DNA of 63,658 nucleotides, filler included, from Octopus bimaculoides (lineage: Eukaryota): the NCBI RefSeq assembly GCF_001194135.2. It is 6 parts of 6 records of this genome, joined end to end, with 100 filler letters (N's around TTAATTAATTAA, not from the genome) between each part and the next. Parts side by side here need not be neighbours in the genome. Positions count along the whole stretch, not along the records: positions 47,713 to 53,646 come from NC_069003.1; positions 53,747 to 57,857 come from NC_069002.1; positions 57,958 to 63,658 come from NC_068983.1; 3 more parts are not named here. One strand, given 5' to 3'. Positions 52,277-63,658 of this stretch are shown here, in pieces. Made by a program: the position numbers and the translations under genes. Each line of letters opens with the position of its first letter. Within the stretch, counting starts at the first letter, position 1. The notes beneath the pieces were generated by a model. It was given only the letters and a program-made list of their open reading frames with translations. It did not search any database and was not told the origin of the DNA.

Positions 52277-53045
52277 AAATGCCAGGGGCATACATAGAAG
52301 TTGTAGACAGCTTCTGTTACCTGGGTGACCAGGTCAGCAGTGAAGGAAGATGCTTCAAGAGTGTAGCTGCTAGAATAGGAATCGGCTGGGCAAAGTCCAG
52401 AGAGCTTCTACCTTTCTTGGTAACTAAGAGTTTCTTTAGAGTGAAAGGCAGATTGTATAATGCCTGTGTGCAAACAGCCATGTTACATGGCAGTGTAACA
52501 TGGGCTGTGACTGCAGAAGACATGAGAAGGCTTGAAAGAAAGGAAGCTGATATACATTGCTGGATGTGCAAAGTCACTGTGCACGTACGACAGAGTATAA
52601 GTGTCTTGAGAGAAAAATTGGGCATGCGAGGCACCAGATGTTGTGTACAAGAGAGAGAACTATGCTAGTATGGTCATATGATGCATATGGACAAGGACAG
52701 CTGTGTAAAGAAGTGCCAATCTCTAACTGTGGAATGAACGTGTGATAAAGGTAGACCCATGAAGACATGGGATGAGGCATTGAAATAGAATCTTCGGATG
52801 TTGAGGTGACGACAAGTGATCGAGACCTTTGGCAATTTGTTGTGCTTGAGAAGAGGTGTCAAGCTTAGTGTAATCGTAGTCATGGCATATAAAAGGCACC
52901 CACTAGTGGCATTAGGAAAGGTATCAAGCTGTAGAAACTTAGCCAAATCAGACAGGAACCTGGTATAGCTCACCAGGTTACCAGTCTCAGTCAAACTGTT
53001 TAACCCATGCTAGCGTGGAAAACAGATGCTAAATGATGATGATGA
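52277..53045 (+). mobile_element. RTE-clade LINE 3' portion (RT C-terminus, 3' UTR, (ATG)n tail)
   Basis: IEVVDSFCYLGDQVSSEG...WAKSRELLP...GRLYNACVQTAMLHGSVTW; decayed downstream. Confidence 0.9.
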
Positions 53046-53199
53046 TGGTGACATACATACATTTCACTTAGGCATGGTGAGATTAATAACCTTGTTTAGA
53101 ACTCAATATACATACATTTCAGAACAAAGTGCTAGATGAGTATAGAGCGGTAATAAGAAAGAAAAAAGAGATGACACAGGAAAAAAACAATCGTTATGT

Positions 53200-53380
53200 T
53201 ATGAACTTCACTAGCTTACAGTTGTTTCTGCTGCAGGATGCAGTAGACTCTTTGTTGAGTGCCTGAGTAACATCCTACAGAACCATCGGAACCTTGAAGC
53301 TATAGGATACTATTCAGGCACTCAGCTAAGAGTTCACTGCATCTTGTAGCAGAAACAACTGTAAGCTAATGAAGTTCATA
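53200..53380. mobile_element. Hairpin MITE with TA termini (Tc1/mariner-type)
   Basis: About 80-bp imperfect arms, tatgaacttcactagcttacagttgtttctgc / gcagaaacaactgtaagctaatgaagttcata, with a loop of about 20 nt. Confidence 0.85.
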
Positions 53381-54198
53381 CCATTATCATCATTTTACCT
53401 ATGTCATCTCTTTTTCATATCATCATCATCGTTTAACGTCCGCTTTCCATGCTAGCATGGGTTGGACGATTTGACTGAGGACTGGTGAAACCGGATGGCA
53501 ACACCAGGCTCCAATCTAATTTGGCAGAGTTTCTACAGCTGGATGCCCTTCCTAACGCCAACCACTCAGAGAGTGTAGTGGGTGCTTTTACGTGTCACCC
53601 GCACGAAAACGGCCACGCTCAAAATGGTGCATCTCATGTGCCACCCNNNNNNNNNNNNNNNNNNNNNNNNNNNNNNNNNNNNNNNNNNNNTTAATTAATT
53701 AANNNNNNNNNNNNNNNNNNNNNNNNNNNNNNNNNNNNNNNNNNNNATTATTATTATTATTTCTCCACTAAATATCCTGTACCTTGTTTTACCATTAACT
53801 TGCGTTAATATCCGTACAGTAAGATACTAGGCTATGATGCTTTATTTATTTTTTTATCTTTTATATTTACTTTCTTCACTTTATATTAGTATTTCATTAG
53901 TTTTTTCCTTAAGGAGAATTTTTTTATATATTTAATGAATTCTCTTGGTTCTCTCCCTTCCTCCACATTGGAATTAGATTATAGATTACGGCTTCAGTTT
54001 ATTTACTGTGATCTATTTTGCCCTCCTCCCCCGTTTTAGTCATTCAATTTAAACCTTTAGTATAGAGTTTACAGCCCCCTCCCTTTATTACTCTATGTAA
54101 ACACGCGTTCATACTTCTAACGGTCACTTACTTGGCCATGTAATATTATAACTCGTAAGTTACCTCACCATTTCGCATTTGTCTTCCTTCTATATTCT

Positions 54199-54287
54199 GG
54201 TTCCCTGACGATGAATATATGTGGAATTCCAGCAGCTGTTACTGCTTTGGAGTAGTGCACATAGATTTTGAAACATGTGTAGGAATT
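54199..54287 (+). ncRNA. Type I hammerhead ribozyme with long stem II and minimal stem III
   Basis: Stem I UUCC/GGAA; CUGACGA 54205-54211; extra U; imperfect stem II with inner hairpin; GAAA 54270-54273; stem III AC-augu-GU; GUA cleavage triplet 54279-54281. Confidence 0.65.
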
Positions 54288-56224
54288 AAAGGAACTTTTA
54301 TTTATATACGTTTTGCTCCATTTATTGTTATTATTCNNNNNNNNNNNNNNNNNNNNNNNNNNNNNNNNNNNNNNNNNNNNNNNNNNNNNNNNNNNNNNNN
54401 NNNNNNNNNNNNNNNNNNNNNNNNNNNNNNNNNNNNNNNNNNNNNNNNNNNNNNNNNNNNNNNNNNNNNNNNNNNNNNNNNNNNNNNNNNNNNNNNNNNN
54501 NNNNNNNNNNNNNNNNNNNNNNNNNNNNNNNNNNNNNNNNNNNNNNNNNNNNNNNNNNNNNNNNNNNNNNNNNNNNNNNNNNNNNNNNNNNNNNNNNNNN
54601 NNNNNNNNNNNNNNNNNNNNNNNNNNNNNNNNNNNNNNNNNNNNNNNNNNNNNNNNNNNNNNNNNNNNNNNNNNNNNNNNNNNNNNNNNNNNNNNNNNNN
54701 NNNNNNNNNNNNNNNNNNNNNNNNNNNNNNNNNNNNNNNNNNNNNNNNNNNNNNNNNNNNNNNNNNNNNNNNNNNNNNNNNNNNNNNNNNNNNNNNNNNN
54801 NNNNNNNNNNNNNNNNNNNNNNNNNNNNNNNNNNNNNNNNATAAGGAAAATGGATAACAAACCAAGGCAGGACGAGTATCTCAAGTCATTTAGAGTATTT
54901 AATAAGAGTAAAGTGGATCAAGAAACGAAGTAGAAGTAATTAATGTGTTACAGCTGTTTCTGGAATATACCAGTGGATGGATGACCATATCCATACACTG
55001 GGTATTCCGTCATCAGAAAGAAGGTGTACATGTAAGAAAGGAAGTTAATCTGTACTTCCGTGAAATTATAGGTCCTTAAGTATAAACCCAAGTAAATTCA
55101 GGCTGTATTTTGAATGCTGCGTTCAAATTAAAGGAATAGTGGTTAGCTTGTAGGAAAATAGTCCACGTGTGTGTGTAGTGTGAGAGAGACAGACATCTAG
55201 ATGTTACTTTAGATTTAAAAACTTTAGATTTAAAATATTCGCTATACTTCCCTTACCATAAACCTAATCAATCCCTCTGATACGTTAGCATAAACTCTAA
55301 TCACCTAAATCTACCTTCGATACTGTAATACAAGGCATATCTGTCCGGATATCGGATCACTCAGCCACGGACGAAATTATCAGGAGCAACGCTAGCGGCT
55401 TCTCCCAGCAAATTAAGCTCATAGCAAATATTAAGTTCAATAAAATATCCCTAAACTCAATCCTGGGGGACCATGCCCCACCACTGGACACACATACCCT
55501 CCCAATACAGATAAGTGTACTAAAACCCTCACTGGCAAACTAAAAGAACTTCGACCTGGACGCTCTCCACAAACCCTACGCTCACCCGTATAACTAACGA
55601 TCAAGGCTCAAACTGATAGACAACATTGAGTCCCGGGGTTCTCCTCTAATATACAATATAGATTATACTTCCCTTATATTGCCTAATTAAAGAGGGTGAA
55701 CGATCGATTCACTGGTTTACACTCCCATTCGATTTAAACGTTATGAGCTTAGCCAAAACTTTCTTTACGATTGTAGACTCTAACTCCCCACGTCACCTTA
55801 GATACCATTCGATCTTCAACAAATCTAGTCTGAAATTATCCAGCTCCGCCCAATAGAGAATCTATTGTTATCTCACCTAATAAGCGTAAATTAAATTCCT
55901 ACTACTTAAATAACGCCTATAGGCAGAGCAGACAAAGTAGAAATTATCATAACATAGGTCAAGGCGGCAACAACACTAACATGCGCTATAATAGCATATA
56001 GCACACGGGTAACCCGAGCACTGAAACCAGCGTAAACCAAGGTACTAGTATCCTCGCTTCCGAAGACGGTCGAAGTACGGTTAAAACGAATGTTACTACT
56101 ACTACTACTACTACTGATGATAATGATGATGATGATGATAGCAATAATGATGATGATGATGATGATAATAATAATATTAATAATAGTAATAATAATGATG
56201 ATGATGATGATAATGATAATAATG

Positions 56225-56287
<63 letters not shown>

Positions 56288-56292
<5 letters not shown>

Positions 56293-56550
56293 ACCATCGA
56301 TCATGTTGTCTCCATGTGCAGTCTGCTTGCGCCTACAGAGTATCTCAACAGGCATGATAGAGCTGCACAATATATTCACTGGGTAATATGCAAAAACCTG
56401 GACTTGCCCCATGATAAAAACTGGTGGGAACACAAACCACTCCCAGTACTTGAAAATGATCACATTGCACTCCTCTGGAACTTCACCATTCAAACTGACA
56501 GAAAGATAGACGCAAATAGGCCAGACATCATACTGAAAGACTTCAGATTG
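56288..56550 (+). mobile_element. R4/Dong-like fragment (CCHC knuckle end plus RLE start) directly after (TAA)n
   Basis: ETIDHVVSMC...RHDRAAQYIHW...LLWNFTIQTDRKIDANRPDII. Confidence 0.88.
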
Positions 56551-56559
56551 CAACCTACC

Positions 56560-57631
56560 TGAAAAACTCTGATGACTGGATGTTGAAAGTTGTCAAAGCA
56601 CGAAAGCAAAAAAAGCATGATAGTCAATAACAAAGGAATATCTAAGGGAATTCCAAACACAACAAATCCCAGAATTAGACGTACTAGAAACAAGCACACA
56701 AAAAGCTAAGCGTATGAAAACCCGTTCCAAAACTGCTGCCTTAGGTATTCTTACTGATAAATAGCAAAAAAAACCTCAATGGCAAATACCCGAAGAGAGC
56801 GAATAATGCCGATGTTGACAAAGCCCTTACCCATCATTGGTTAGTGTCTTCTGGCTTAAAATCATAAACAGATCAATGACTACCTACAAAGAACTACCCG
56901 GCCAACATATTTAAGAAGCGCAGTTGATCATGTTGTCTCCAAGTGCAGTTATCTGGCGCCTACAGAGTATCTCAACAAGTATGACAGAGCAGCACAATAT
57001 ATTCACCGCGTAATTTGCCACACCTGGACCTGCCTCATGATAGAAACTGGTGGGAACACAAACCACCTCCAGTGCTTGAAAATGATCACATCTCACTCCT
57101 CTGGAACTTCACTATTCAAACTGACAGAAAGACGGATGCAAATAGGGCAGATATTAAATTGAAATACTTCAGACAAAAATCACGCCTCCTCCTTGATATG
57201 ACTCTCCCAATCGGTATAAATGTATCTGTCAAGACCTACCAAAAACTGAGCAAGTATAAAGTTTTTGAAATAGATATTGGTAAAATGTGGGACCTGAAGA
57301 TTAAAACAATACCTGTTGTCATAGGTACCCTAGGAATGATAGCAAAAGGGGCTAATTGCTACCTAGCTCAGATAACAGGAAACCCCAAAATGGCAAAAAT
57401 TCACAAGATAGTACTCATGGGAACTGCCCATATCCTACATAAAATACTGTTTATGTAATCTCAAATTTTAAAACAAAGACACAATTTTCTTATGCTTTCT
57501 TAAACATTCTCTATATACAAAACCAAATATATGACACCCTAGGCATAATACCAGCATGAACTTGTTGTCTCCTGAGGTCTCTGGGTAAGAATTGGAGTCA
57601 ACTTGTACAAATACAGAGCATACGCCAGATA
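56560..57631 (+). mobile_element. R4/Dong-like non-LTR 3' portion ending in (TAA)n
   Basis: LNGKYPKRANNADVDK...WLVSSGLKS, then WEHKPPPVLEND...LWNFTIQTDRKTDANRAD...IPVVIGTLG...IVLMGTAHILHK*, 3' UTR, and a TAA array from 57632. Confidence 0.9.
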
Positions 57632-57650
57632 TATAATAATAATAATAATG

Positions 57651-57717
<67 letters not shown>

Positions 57718-57957
57718 GAACACCGGGGAAGTTTAACATGTGAGTACGATAAATCACTGCTCCGAAACTTATCCAAAAACATCGGAAATAAAGACATCGC
57801 ATGTAGCCAAAAAATAGCTGACAAAGGGTTGGACTATACCCGAGTAAGTAATACTCANNNNNNNNNNNNNNNNNNNNNNNNNNNNNNNNNNNNNNNNNNN
57901 NTTAATTAATTAANNNNNNNNNNNNNNNNNNNNNNNNNNNNNNNNNNNNNNNNNNNN

Positions 57958-58553
57958 TAGTGAGAGCTATGCAAGCCATGCTGTCAGTAAGATGAGGGTT
58001 GGCAATGAGTACAGTGAAGAATTCCGGGTAGAGGTAGGGGTCCACCAAGGTTCAGTCCTTAGCCCCCTCCTATTTATCATAGTCCTCCAGGCTATAACAG
58101 AGGAATTCAAGACAGGATGCCCCTGGGAACTCCTCTATGCTGATGACCTTGCACTAATTGCTGAGTCACTATCAGAACTAGAGGAGAAGTTTCAAGTGTA
58201 GAAGCAAGGACTAGAATCGAAGGGCCTTAGAGTCAACCTAGCTAAAAACAAAGTCCTAATAAGTAGGAAGGTAGAAAAAACACAAGCCCCTTCAGGTAGA
58301 TGGCCCTGCTCAATCTGTAGAAGATGCACCCAATGCAAGCTATGGACACATAAGAGGTGCAGCAATATAAAAGGAAAGTCAACTAGGAAGTTAGTTTTTG
58401 TATGTAGCAGATATTCAGGAGCTATAAACACTGTATATGTGCAGAAAACAACTTTTGCCACATTCCAGGGAGAAAAACTAGAAGTGGTTGATAGCTTACG
58501 CTATCTAAGTGATCAAGTTAGTAGTGGGGGAAGGTGCGCTGAAAGTGTAGCTA
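57958..58553 (+). mobile_element. RTE-clade LINE reverse transcriptase core, pseudogenized
   Basis: GVHQGSVLSPLLF and LLYADDL motifs; in-frame stop at 58199-58201. Confidence 0.93.
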
Positions 58554-59671
58554 CTATACATACATACATACATACATTTTAGTGATGGCTGGGAGTATTG
58601 TTTTTCATGGTACGTTGAATCGCAGGGAGATGGGTGAAATTACAATCTTGCTGTAAATATATTCTCTCACACTGGGAGTAACGGCAGATTTTAGAGTTAC
58701 AATTTTAGGAAATTGTGGGAGTAGTTTCCATTGCTTGAGCGTTTTGTTCCTGGAAGATGAGTGAAATTAGTCACGGTTTGTACATAGCCTTTCGCGTAGG
58801 GAGTGACAGCATATTTTGGGATTGTGATTTGAACTTGTGATTGTTGTAGAGGAGATTTGATTGAAAACAGTTTGAGATTTAGAATTGTTTGACTTTAATG
58901 GTAATAGGGTAGTGGGGACTGGAAAAAGGGGAAAAGAGCAGTGATTGATTTTGTACAGTGGCGGAGATAGTAGTAGTAGCAATTGTTCTTGAGTTTGTTA
59001 GGATAGGGAGGAAGTGTGGAGTGGTTGAGATTGGTCACTGGCAGAGGTAGAATAGAATACTTGACTTTGGCCACTAAGAGTAGTAGCAGTAGGAGGAGGG
59101 GAGATGAAGAAGAGGAAGAAGTGGAAGGGGAAGTAGCAGTAGAAGATGGAAATAGTGATGACAGGGATGTTAGTGAGCCTACTGTGGTAAGATGGCCATG
59201 ATACTGTTGTTGTTCTTTTAGCTGCCGATGTGATTGTTCTAGTTGTTGTTGTTCAACATGGGCTGTGGAGGATAAAAAAAAAAATTCGAGCTAGTTTATA
59301 CACGTGGTTACTCACGGTGCAATACGAAGTAGACATATGTTTCAGTTTATTCTCTATTTGTCTCTCGTTTCGGTTATTAAAGAGATGAATAACTCTTTAA
59401 GCAATGAGATTGAAGTTTGAGGCATAAGAAAATGAACCACGAGTTAATGAGAGAATCCACTTCAATATCCGACCAGTTAAGATTTTTAAAGACGTGTTGT
59501 GTTGGCATTTTTTTCTTTTTTTTTTTTTGTTACTGTTGCTGTTGCTGTTGTGAACTACTTATGATTGTTTTTCAGTGTCTTCAATTCGTTGTTGATCACT
59601 TAACCAAGTTGTTTGTGCAACAAAAAATATAGGGTGATCCTTCGATAGTAGTCACAGAATGTCATTAGACC

Positions 59672-60396
59672 ACGTGTGTTTATTTACATCACTTCGGCAT
59701 TTTTCGTAAAAAGTGTTGGATTAGGGAAGTGGGTAAGAACGCGAAAGAGATAGAGAGAGTGTGATTTCTTTTGAAGTTGGCATGCTACTTGCCACAGCCA
59801 CTCCTACGCCAAGCAGCAAACCACAAGCAAAAACAAAACAAAAAAAAACCTTCTTTCTCTCTCTCCTTCCCTTACACACACATGCCCGTTATCTTTCTTT
59901 CTTTCTTTTTTTCTTTCTTTCTTTCTTTTTTTCTTTCTTTCTTTCTTCCTCTCTCTTCCTCTCTCTCACACACACAGCAACATTACGCACACACACACAC
60001 ACACACATGCCACTCTCTCACACTAACAAAAGAACTTCACATACACACCACACTTTCTGTCTCGCATACTCACTATAAAAAGGAAACGTATCGAAAGATC
60101 GCCGCTATTTCTTTTGAAGTTGGCATGTGTGTGTGTGTGTGTGTGTGTAATGTTGCTGGTTAATGTTGCTATGTGTGTGAGAAAGAGGGAGAGAAAGAAA
60201 GAAAGAAAGAGAGATAACTGGCACGTGTGTGTAAGGGAAGGAGAGAGAGATAGAGAAAGAGAGAGAGAGAGAGAGAGAAGGTATGTTTTTTTTTGTTTTT
60301 GCTTGTTGTTTGCTGCTAGGCGTAGGAGTGGCTGTGGTAAGTAGCATGCCAACACTGTTTACATAAAATGCCGAAGTGATGTAAATAAACACACGT
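59672..60396. repeat. Foldback element with a perfect 32-bp outer inverted repeat and long microsatellite-rich arms
   Basis: 59672-59703 is the exact reverse complement of 60365-60396; arms continue imperfectly to about 60014 and 60121. Confidence 0.85.
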
Positions 60397-60984
60397 CATT
60401 TCCGGACTAGTATCGAAAGATCGCCAATATTCAAAATATTAATTTCAGTGGTTCATTGAACGGTAGTAGACAAGGATACTCGTGTATATTTTAATGTGAA
60501 CTATAGTGTGTTTGTTAATAGAAATATTGTGTACTTACGAATAATTATTATTATCGTTGTAGCATATCTTTCATAACACGTGCTCACAGTATAAAAACGT
60601 AGCTTTCACTGGAATCAAGGCTTTGTCGTTTTTAAGAAGGAAGAATTTTCAGTTGAGTTTTCAATTGAAAATTGAGAAGTTGGGTTCATATGTATTCTAT
60701 TCCAATAGCTACTTACTGGTCAGAGCGAGCTGATACACGTCTGTTCGGTTTGGCTGCCTATATATATATATAACTCTTCGAAACGCCGGTGTTAAAACGG
60801 GGGTAGCTGATGAAGGAAAATGTTCTCTATGTGGCTTGTGTGTTTTCTGTACTCTGGTTATTATTTTTTCTTGTCTACGTTTTGTTTGCAATGTCCTGTA
60901 CCCAGATATGCACCTATATATACAGGTAGACGTAGGTATGCACATACCTGTACGTATATATGCATATACTCATTTATTATTTGT

Positions 60985-61021
<37 letters not shown>

Positions 61022-61061
61022 CTGTGTGTGTGTGTAAAAATTAACATTTCTTTTCTCCAAG

Positions 61062-61120
61062 CTTAGATTCGAAATCGAATCGAAGGATTCTCGCTCGTCT
61101 GAACCACCACAGACCAACAG
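61062..61120 (+). CDS. Candidate exon (LRFEIESKDSRSSEPPQTN), phase 0-2
   Basis: ttaacatttcttttctccaag acceptor, cag|gtgcga donor; 70-nt intron to 61191. Confidence 0.3.
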
Positions 61121-61190
61121 GTGCGAAAGGAATTTTCTTTGTCCTATCAAAAAAAATCATAAATTATCTCCCTTCGACCTCCGACCCCAG

Positions 61191-61368
61191 CCATGTCAGG
61201 CGCAGTTCAAATGGACAGGAGCTCACCTATTTAGACAATCTCTCCCGCAGTATGTCTGTCCTTCTAGCTGCCACGGCTGTTATAAATATTGTGGTCAGCA
61301 AAGGGACAGGCAGAAAGACTCAGGACGAAGAGACAACTCACGAGATCACCGACTACTTTCTCAGATGA
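61191..61368 (+). CDS. Candidate terminal exon (HVRRSSNGQELTYLDNLSRSMSVLLAATAVINIVVSKGTGRKTQDEETTHEITDYFLR*)
   Basis: Pyrimidine-rich acceptor, phase 2 match to 61062-61120, 58 open codons. Confidence 0.3.
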
Positions 61369-61621
61369 ACGACGCACACACAGACACAAGGCATATTCAG
61401 TTCTACTACATCACATCCACAGATGTACCTGGTTTTTAATTCCTCTCAACTCGTAGCAGTTGACAACAAATTAATGTAGTGAAAAACTGTGTATACCAAC
61501 AGCAAATGCAAGTCCCGTAAATAAATTCTTTAAACTGTAAATCGATGCCATTCATTTGTTTACTTCGAAGGCATCTACATGCCTATCGCATCTGTTTACC
61601 TTAACATTTTCATAAACACTA

Positions 61622-61665
<44 letters not shown>

Positions 61666-62589
61666 NNNNNNNNNNNNNNNNNNNNNNNNNNNNNNNNNNN
61701 NNNNNNNNNNNNNNNNNNNNNNNNNNNNNNNNNNNNNNNNNNNNNNNNNNNNNNNNNNNNNNNNNNNNNNNNNNNNNNNNNNNNNNNNNNNNNNNNNNNN
61801 NNNNNNNNNNNNNNNNNNNNNNNNNNNNNNNNNNNNNNNNNNNNNNNNNNNNNNNNNNNNNNNNNNNNNNNNNNNNNNNNNNNNNNNNNNNNNNNNNNNN
61901 NNNNNNNNNNNNNNNNNNNNNNNNNNNNNNNNNNNNNNNNNNNNNNNNNNNNNNNNNNNNNNNNNNNNNNNNNNNNNNNNNNNNNNNNNNNNNNNNNNNN
62001 NNNNNNNNNNNNNNNNNNNNNNNNNNNNNNNNNNNNNNNNNNNNNNNNNNNNNNNNNNNNNNNNNNNNNNNNNNNNNNNNNNNNNNNNNNNNNNNNNNNN
62101 NNNNNNNNNNNNNNNNNNNNNNNNNNNNNNNNNNNNNNNNNNNNNNNNNNNNNNNNNNNNNNNNNNNNNNNNNNNNNNNNNNNNNNNNNNNNNNNNNNNN
62201 NNNNNNNNNNNNNNNNNNNNNNNNNNNNNNNNNNNNNNNNNNNNNNNNNNNNNNNNNNNNNNNNNNNNNNNNNNNNNNNNNNNNNNNNNNNNNNNNNNNN
62301 NNNNNNNNNNNNNNNNNNNNNNNNNNNNNNNNNNNNNNNNNNNNNNNNNNNNNNNNNNNNNNNNNNNNNNNNNNNNNNNNNNNNNNNNNNNNNNNNNNNN
62401 NNNNNNNNNNNNNNNNNNNNNNNNNNNNNNNNNNNNNNNNNNNNNNNNNNNNNNNNNNNNNNNNNNNNNNNNNNNNNNNNNNNNNNNNNNNNNNNNNNNN
62501 NNNNNNNNNNNNNNNNNNNNNNNNNNNNNNNNNNNNNNNNNNNNNNNNNNNNNNNNNNNNNNNNNNNNNNNNNNNNNNNNNNNNNNNNN

Positions 62590-63633
62590 GTCTTCTCACG
62601 TACTGCATATTTCCAAAGGTCCTGGTCACTAGTCATTGCCTCGGTGAGGCCTAAAGTTCGAAGGTCACCTGGTTAACTATACAGGTGACTAGGCTATAAC
62701 CGACACTGCCAGATATTTTGAGCATCGCTGCAGTGATTCCTGATGGACCGGGGGCTTTCCCGGTCTTCATACTCTTAATTGCTTTATCAACCAAGGTTGT
62801 GTCAATTCTGATAGCTAGTCCCTCTGTTGGGTCGGCATTCGGCAGACTCTCTTTCTCCCATTCATTCTCTTTATTGAGCAACCTTTCATAGTGACATCTC
62901 CAAACCTCTCTCTTTGCAGCCTCGTTAAGTGCAAGTGTACCATCATCCATGCGGACACATTTCTCTTCTACGACATAATGATTCTCTCTCACACACTGTC
63001 TTGCAACACGAAATATTTCAAGTCTTTGGTCCTCACGGAGCAGAACATGGGCAAATTTTTTTTTATCTACTTCCCCTCTGGCTAAATAAACCTGTCTCCT
63101 ATCTTCCCTTCTGGTAGTCTGATATAATTCCCTGCTACCACCGTTCTTCCAGTCCTTCCAAGCCTGTTTCTTTTGTCTAATACCCCTGTCAATCACATTG
63201 TTCCACCACCACATTACCTTGGGTCGAGAGGGAACTTTGTACCATCCACAGATCTGGTCAGTGGCTCTCAGCAGGTTGTCCCGTAAAACCCCCCAGTTGT
63301 CTTCCACATCATGTGATGCTATATCCCCTTGTAATTCGTCAAAGGCTTCGAGTAATACGTCTCTAAATCTCTGTCCATTTGCAGGATCTTTAAGCTTCCA
63401 GACCCTTCTCCTCCAAGCCGGTTATCTTCTGGGCATCCATTTAACCCTGATCCTGAAGTCGCTAACTACTAGACTATGTTGAGGGGTACATTCTTCACCT
63501 GGGAAAGTTTTGGCATTTATAAGCAGCCCTCTTTCCCTTTTCTGGCGAGAATGTAATCAATTTGGCTAGTGCGTCTGCCAGAACAGTTGGTGACTAGGTG
63601 GCTGGCAGGTTTCCTGAAGTTGGTATTGCAAAC
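62590..63633 (-). mobile_element. RTE-clade LINE, internally deleted (APE end and linker fused to ORF C-terminus)
   Basis: QHSLVVSDF, WWWNNV and KAIKSMKTGKAPGPSGI run to IVNQV, then jump to LGLTEAMTSDQDLWKYAVREK near 62665. Confidence 0.85.
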
Positions 63634-63658
63634 CACACACACACACACACACACACAC

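Noticed and set aside
60774-60820. GAAAC...CTGATGA permuted hammerhead-like motif
   Set aside because: A near-palindromic stem III is present, but stem I cannot form and stem II is poor.

Overview
AT-rich, microsatellite-dense eukaryotic genomic DNA, most likely octopus/coleoid cephalopod (inferred from the tRNA-derived SINE families and the RTE and R4-type LINE remnants; not confirmed by a search). Five 100-nt spacers (44 N + TTAATTAATTAA + 44 N) split the window into six segments whose adjacency is assembly-inferred. Well-supported genes: a multi-exon phosphoglucomutase (PGM1-like, + strand, 22800-30696; the first exon and one internal exon are missing, probably in gaps) and, convergent with it, an intronless 329-aa divergent class A GPCR (- strand, 33463-34452). 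A phase-consistent set of small minus-strand exons (3447 down to 637) appears to encode the N-terminus of an unidentified protein. Two weaker spliced-ORF candidates lie at 45.8-47.4 kb and 61.1-61.4 kb. The rest is mostly SINEs, RTE and R4/Dong-like LINE fragments, mariner derivatives, MITEs and two large foldback structures. Hand folding found several hammerhead ribozyme motifs: one intact type I at 49861-49934 just downstream of a TATA box, one probably intact at 54199-54287, and degenerate relatives. Almost all other ORF-track entries are microsatellite or N-gap artefacts. No rRNA, genuine tRNA or CRISPR array was seen.
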